A DNA stretch of 64,000 bases from assembly GCA_051362555.1 (NCBI GenBank), contig CM120640.1, positions 23,856,225 to 23,920,224 of the forward strand. Reading direction: 5' to 3'. Shown piece after piece: positions 57,601 through 64,000 of this stretch (the first letter of the stretch is position 1; each line of letters opens with the position of its first letter). The notes beneath the pieces were generated by a model, which ran no database searches, was not told where the DNA came from, and saw only the letters and a program-made list of their open reading frames with translations. The position numbers and the translations under genes are program-made. Source of the stretch: Lingula anatina (Eukaryota > Animalia > Brachiopoda).

Positions 57601-60600
57601 TTTATAGATATTTTAAAAATAAAAATTCATTTCATTTTTTTCGTTCCCATAGGCAAAAAGTGATAGCAAACCTCCCAGGCGTTACTTTGAATTTGTCTGA
57701 TAAGAAGATCTCCACACTGTATACATTCATCAAGAATATTCCACTGCCCAATACTTCTGTGAGCCCAATGTTGCTGGATGCTGTGGATGGACTGGAGATA
57801 GAGACCTGGGATATGGTGAGATGATTGCAACATTTGGATTTTCTTTGCTAACTTTTTATATTCTGGGATGTTGTACTTGATTTTGGACGTTTTGTTAATG
57901 GCAATTTGATTTTTGGAATTGAGGTGACTAAATGGCCTGAAAGCTGCAAAAAGGGCTTGTTACACAGAGACTTAGAAAAGGGAGAAGGGCAGCTGGCTTT
58001 TGTCAAATATGTATTGTCATAATAAATCATTAATATGAATTTTAAGTGGGCTCAAGTGTGTTGAACAAACCAAGAAATCATTGAAGTAGAAAGTATTGTA
58101 AATAATGTTACTTTCATATATATTTGTATCACATTCACTTCAGGACTTCACAGATGCCATCCTGGAGCCTAGTATCCCTGAACTGATCAGGATGAGCAGC
58201 TCAGTGTCCAAGAACTCTGTGGTCAAACCAAAGAAGAAGAAACCTGGGGCTGCAGGTGCCACACCAGTTATCTCTGTAACCAGGAGATCAGCCAGTGGTA
58301 AGTATGAAACTAAGTAGGGAAACATAAAGCATTTCTTTCATTCTTAAGGTATTGCCCTTGTTATGCACTGATATTACACTTACATAAATTTATCTGTGTA
58401 AACATATAATGTTATGTGACTGGTTGCCTAATCATTTGCATATAAATCTGTACTTATTAGCTTCAAATTCATTATGGGATTATGCCATGGTAAATGCAGC
58501 TTTCAGTTTTATATTACCATCAAATCTATTGAAGAGACTGTGCTTTATTCTTCAGATAAGTTCTATGATGCTGAGGATTATTCAGATGATGAAGAGATGG
58601 ATGAATGGTCAAAGTAGGATCCATATTAGTCATACATATCTTATGTAGAGATAATATCCATGAACCTTTCTCAACTAGACAAAAATATTAGTGAAGAGAA
58701 TGGTAGTTTTTTCATATTTTCAATTCATTGACAAGATATATTTGCGTTACCAATCAGGGCTGCTTGTGAAAGCAGCAACCTTTTGATAAAATCAATTTAA
58801 TTGCTGAATTATTTTGCAGCTGCTTAGAACCCGCCTGTGGGTCTACTTCAGCTTTTTAAAACAAAACTGTCTCACCTTTCAGAGCCATAGATGTCCCAGC
58901 AGTGGATGACCACAGTTCCCCAACCAACATTATCACTGTCCTGATCAGGTTTGAGATGCGTGAGGTGGTGATCAACATATCCAAGTTTGTGGATGACATA
59001 GAGACCCCCTACCTCATGCTGAGGGTTACAGGACTGCAGGCAGATGCTGCAGTCACAGTGTATGGGCTGGCTATCAATGCTAAACTCAGGGGACTGCAAC
59101 TGGTGGATAAGTTACATACAGGTGAGAAATACCTGGCTGTTGTATCAGCTAGATTACTTTAAGTGTTTAAGATGCTAGTGTTTTGAAGCATCTTAAATAT
59201 CAGATCGATTTTTTCTGAACTGACTTCTCTAAAACCCCAGACCTATTTACTACCTTGCCTGTTTTGACTATTAATATGTTATATATTGTATTGGTTCAGG
59301 TGCCTCTGGAGAGTACATGGAGATCATCAAGTCAGAACTCAATGAAGATCTCATGTCAGTGGTGTACAGACAGGTAAGCTGAGAGAGAGGCACCTTTTTT
59401 TGAAAGCCTCTCTTCATCTACAAAACATTTTAATTGCATTTTTATTGATGTTGGTAATTATTTGAAAGATGTGCTTTATTTTTCAGGGTAAATGATCTTA
59501 CGTACTTGTAAATTTTTAACAGTTGAATTGATTTTCTTTTTATAAAACAAATATTTCACACGGGTTTGTTGCCCTTTTATGTTATAGGAAAATCTTTTAA
59601 ACTCTCCACTGATCTTCAGGTGTCTCCAGAATGCCCAGAGTTTGATGCCATCTATAGAAGTATACACAGAGGAGTTGTGGTGCACATGACAGTGCTGAAT
59701 ATAGTGTTTGAGCGTGAGGCCTGCTACTACCTGTATAACTTCACTCAAGCCTTGCTGACCAGTCTGGCCAGTGTGGACATGAAGTCCAGTACTTACTCTG
59801 CCCTGTCATCTCCTTCAGCTCCAACAGTGACTGATGCCTTTAAGGTAGCAGAGTCAAAAGAGTCTAAAAAAGAAGGTAATATGTACTACTGGTACAGTTC
59901 AAATATTCACATTTTATAAAATCGCTTCTCCTCCTGCCTTATATCAACTAATTTCTTATGATATATTTGAAATATTGATGAAAAGTGAAAAAGAGAGACA
60001 GGATGTTTATGTGGAAGTTGAAGTCATAAAGGTCTGATTAAATTTAGGGAAACTATGAAAGGCTGGTTTAGATTGTCACCCAGTGAGTTACAATATATTG
60101 ACAATTGCCTTTGGAAATTCATCTATTATTATAGTGTTATATATTTTATCAGAACCCGCCCTGCCAGCAGGCAGTACCAGTTTGTTCATAGCAGGACTAT
60201 TTGATGATCTGACCATCAATATGTGCAGCAATGATGGAGAACTGGCTGATTTACACATCAAAGGTAAGCATGGGGTAACGTAGCAGTTATTATTTTTGTG
60301 ATATTAGCAACAGACTAAGTGTTGTTTTGTACTGTTGACATGGTGAATACATTTATTAAGATTTAGTTAACATGTGATATAGCTTATTTGTTTTGTGTGA
60401 TGACATATGAATGTTATGGGATATTTCTATATTTGTTTATAGTTTTATTTTTTTCAGGAAACATTTCTATGTAGTGAAAAATCTTTAATTTATAAATTGT
60501 AGGTCTGGAAAGTAAAATTGTTTTGAAAAGAAGTCGCACAGTCCTTGGTGGAAAACTGCAAAATTTGACTTTAGATGACAAAACTCTCACCACCATGTAC

Positions 60601-63600
60601 CCTAGGGTGAGTACAATATTGTAAACTGTTGAACACTAAAAGATTGCCATATTGAAGGAAAAAAGGAGATCTATTAAAAATTAATGACATATTTTTGGCA
60701 TATTGGGGAACATTGTTTTAAACTGGTATTTGGGTAAAAAAATGAGTTAAAAGTACTCTTACTGTTTCAGATACTGACATTTGAGAAAGACGAGGTGTTT
60801 GATTTTAAGGTAAGTGTTCAAATTATCAAATGCCAAAAAAGGAGTGAGGATTAAAGGAACTTGCATATCACTGCAACGTACACAAAGCCTTCAAATGGAA
60901 GTGTCCATAGACCTGATGGTTATAGCTGTATGTCGATATATGTTGCACTCTCACTAGCATATGGAACAGGCTAACGTATACATTTACGTATTTGTTTTAA
61001 CTTTCAGGTGACATTATATAATACACAGAGTAAACCATCTGACATAGACATTGGTGTCAAGCTGAAGATAGGGGAGGTGCATGTGGTCTTCCTCTACAAG
61101 TTTGTAGTAGAATTGTGGGTAAGTTGGTATCCATTGAGTATCTTCTATTTCCTACTATATTGGCCTTGCATTAAAGGCAATTTAAAGTTTATTTATTGTG
61201 TTCCATACATATTTAAAAGTCTGATTTTCATCAAAAGTTCTGTCATAATCTGAAACAGTTTCATTGTTTTGATTATAGTTATTTTATTATAGTTATTTTA
61301 AAGCTGTTTAAACATGATCGATCTTTTGTAATTTTTGTATCTGTTTTGATATTTCAATTCTTTTGGCAACATACTTTGAATTCAAACATGCCGAAACTAT
61401 TTTTCCAGGGCTTTATGGATCCTTTCCTAAACCCAGAGGCTACAGATGCAGCTCTAGAAGCTACCCGGGGTGCCATAGAGACACAGTATCAAGACTTCAC
61501 TGAGAAAGGGAAGAGAATCTCCCTGAGGTTTGATATCAAGGCCCCCACAGTCTGGGTGCCAGAGAGCTCCAAGTCCCAGCAGCTGTTTGTAGCCAAACTG
61601 GGAGATTTGAAATTGTCTAACAGCTACATGGAGACCTCGTTAGATGGTGGGGAGACCCAAGTGTTTGACAGCATATATGTGGATCTAACCTCTGTGCAGA
61701 TTGATAGGTAAAATATGTGAAATTGTGAAAAGGGAGAACAAAATTTTGTAAGGAGATTTATAAAAGAAATATCCGCAAGCCCATGAAGATTCAGAATCTT
61801 AAAGCATGATCTTCCCCAGTATCTCAACACATGTTGCCAGAAAATATCATCTATACAGAGATATTTAGAAGATTTTTTGTTGTGCAGTGAGTTGCTTTAA
61901 AACTCATACCCAAAGTCAGCAGCCAAAGTCAGATTATGATATTTGTTTACTGCTTTTTATGAAACTGTCTCATTTTCAGAGGCTGGCTGAAACCAGACAG
62001 CACAGTGGAACTCCAGCATCTTGTAGTTGAACCTATCAGTATGACAGTGTACTATAAGAAGGCTGTTGTGCCTATCAAAGTGGACACCATCAATGAGTTC
62101 AGTGGGAAGATGGGAGTGATCAAGGTACACAACTTTATGGTGGGATAATTCACCACAGAAATACAATCCAAATGAAAATTTGTAAAGATAAAATGATAGA
62201 CAAATGTAAGACATGAACATGTAGCAGAGATTCAAAGTCATTGAAATTTTTCCTGTGGGAACATTGGGTTATAAGATAAATGTTGAGCTCCAGTGTGATT
62301 TACTTAAATCGTTGCATGTACTCACATTTGGACATATGCACCCTTTTCTTTTCTATGATTTTTGCCACTGTAGAAAAAATGGAAGACTTTGTAAGATAGG
62401 AGAAAGTTTCCTAATTTCCTCTTGAACTTGATGTTACTATCAACCACAAATCTTTTCAAGGTCAATGTCAGCCAGCAAGACATGAAGCTAGCAATAGGCA
62501 TCTTGTACAAAAACATAGGCGAGAAAAAAGTCACCCGTAGTGATGTGGTGGAACCCAAGCCCACATCCCCAGAGCTGGACGTCATTAGTGGGGACACTGT
62601 GATGGAGGACGAGGGGCCTGATGTCACAGGGAACAGTGACACTGTGAAGAAAGAGATCAGTGCCAATGTGGTTTTTGAGGGAACGGTGCTGACACTGCTT
62701 AATGAGGATGATGAAATGAGTGTAAGTTTTCTTGATAATGAGTTATGTATGTGAATATTACCACATAATGTTTCACTCTGGTTTTTAATAGGTTGGTTTG
62801 AGATCTAAGTTGATGTTGTCTGTCTGAGTAAACACTTAAAACATTGCATACCGTAGATTGCTTATCCTTATTTAATAGTAAAATACATTGAGTTGGTATC
62901 ATAATATACAAGTGATTTTCATCAGATTGTGTCAAAAATGTTTTGTTTGTTTTAGCATGGCTTACCAACAGGAGGGAATGACTGTAATTCCCTGTCCAGA
63001 TTTGAGGTAGGCAAGTTGAATGGTACAGTGGCCATCTACTCTGACAAAGCCATTGATGTCCAAGTGACACTGCAGGAAGTCTCACTTGATGACACAAGAA
63101 AGGAGAGTAACCTAGCTGTGAAAAGGTAGGGTGTTTTTTATGTACAGACACATCATATCTGTACTTATAGCCATCACCTACATTTGTTGTCGCTGCTGTC
63201 ATTGTCGCTGATGTCACTGTGCACTTTCAGAGATAACACGATAAGTGGAACAAAAAGAAAACTGCACATACATGAAGTATAGATTTCAGTAGTGCATAAA
63301 ATATATTTGTGTTATTAACTTATGGTGTGTGAAGTAGTTGTCTGCATAAATTGTTTTTATTTGTAGGATGTTTTTACCTCTGTGGAAAGTCAAGAAGACT
63401 GTAGAGAATGCCAAAGACAGCACAGTACCCATGGTAGATTTTATATACAAGCAAGATTCCGAGGGCAATCAGCATGGTAAGTGCATTATTATAAGTGCAA
63501 CCGATAAATATAAACAATGCATTGTTGAGGGTGGGGAAAAATGAGATTGCATCTTTCTTTTTCAGTTGAAATGACGGTTGAGAGAATCCGCCTTAACGTC

Positions 63601-63855
63601 AGCATGCCCTACTACCTGACTGTGATCAACTTCATCATTGCCGCAATGAAAGTCCAGGAGCCTCAGACAAGGCGGGACTCCAGTCTGGCCAGTAATGACA
63701 GATATAAGCGCAGTATGTCTATATCTGTACCACAGCCACAGGTGTCAGAGACCCAGAGGAAGTCCAAGTTAACAGTCAGGGGGAGGGTGAAAGAGCCGGA
63801 GGTGGTGCTCTTTGCCAGTCCTCAAGATGCCTGCAGCAAAGTGCTGTTCTTAAAG
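42648..63855 (+). CDS. VPS13: VPS13A/C-like bridge lipid-transfer protein, 5' part (~37 exons; continues past the window)
   Basis: The Chorein-N start MFEGVLASVINSFLGKYIKDLDAQNLKLSIFSGNVELTNLQLKPEALYELELPIEVKAGFVGKITLVIPW is built from exons 42648-42744, 43143-43186, 45804-45846 and 47638-47832. It continues with 48120-48184 (TFFEKLAATIINNIQ), 48512-48670 (VHVENIHVRYED), 49063-49155, 49741-49798/49813, 50421-50542, 51671-51852 (YRKYRP...WWKYAY), 52282-52426, 52691-52820 and further exons to 63565-63855. Later boundaries are approximate and the paralogue identity is uncertain. Confidence 0.92.
43271..43553. mobile_element. Hairpin MITE with long TIRs and 6-bp TSD in VPS13 intron 2
   Basis: ATAAAT|CAGGCCTACCCAACTACCAGACTTGGCACATAAGGATCCTGAATTAAC...GTTAATTCAGGATCCTTATGTGCCAAGTCTGGTAGTTGGGTAGTCCTG|ATAAAT. 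Confidence 0.88.
50586..50825. mobile_element. Degenerate MITE family A copy
   Basis: TTA|GGGTGCATTCCCAATGA...TCATTGGGAAAGCATTCT|TTA, with core GTTAATCACCCC. Confidence 0.6.
51086..51596. mobile_element. GC-rich Harbinger-like MITE in a VPS13 intron
   Basis: TIR CCCGCACACGGTGAGCAATTGGCGCGTGCCACTTGCGCTG pairs with CAGCGCAAGTGGTGCGCGCCGAATGCTCACCGTGTGCGGG. Internal CCCCGCACACG repeats are present. Confidence 0.8.
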
Positions 63856-64000
63856 GTATATATATGTATTTTCTGTGGCCTTTAGTTATAAAATTTTTAT
63901 TTGAAACTGCTTGATTTAAAGAGTACTGTTCTCTAATTATGTACTTAATTGTCACTCTAATTGCCCTGTTGAGATGCTCTACATCCTTTGTTTCAGACTG

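Overview
AT-rich, intron-rich animal genomic DNA, probably a marine invertebrate such as a mollusc (inferred from gene structure and repeat types). Six spliced genes, assembled by hand, form three consecutive head-to-head pairs: LIAT1-like(-)/EXO5(+), CDK8(-)/AMD1(+), and CLYBL(-)/VPS13A/C-like(+, running off the right edge). There is also an unrecognised 187-aa ORF at the left edge and a degraded two-exon eIF4H-like fragment behind EXO5. Non-autonomous DNA transposons are abundant: two Helentron-type HINEs with 145-bp satellite cores, a nested foldback element in CDK8 intron 1, and several MITE families. The most notable signal is the AMD1 (S-adenosylmethionine decarboxylase) gene. It has a U12-type AT-AC intron, a GC-AG intron after a 28-nt micro-exon, and a 69-codon in-frame open tail after its stop codon, reminiscent of the vertebrate AMD1 readthrough/stalling tail. 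All gene identities come from recognising motifs, not from database searches.
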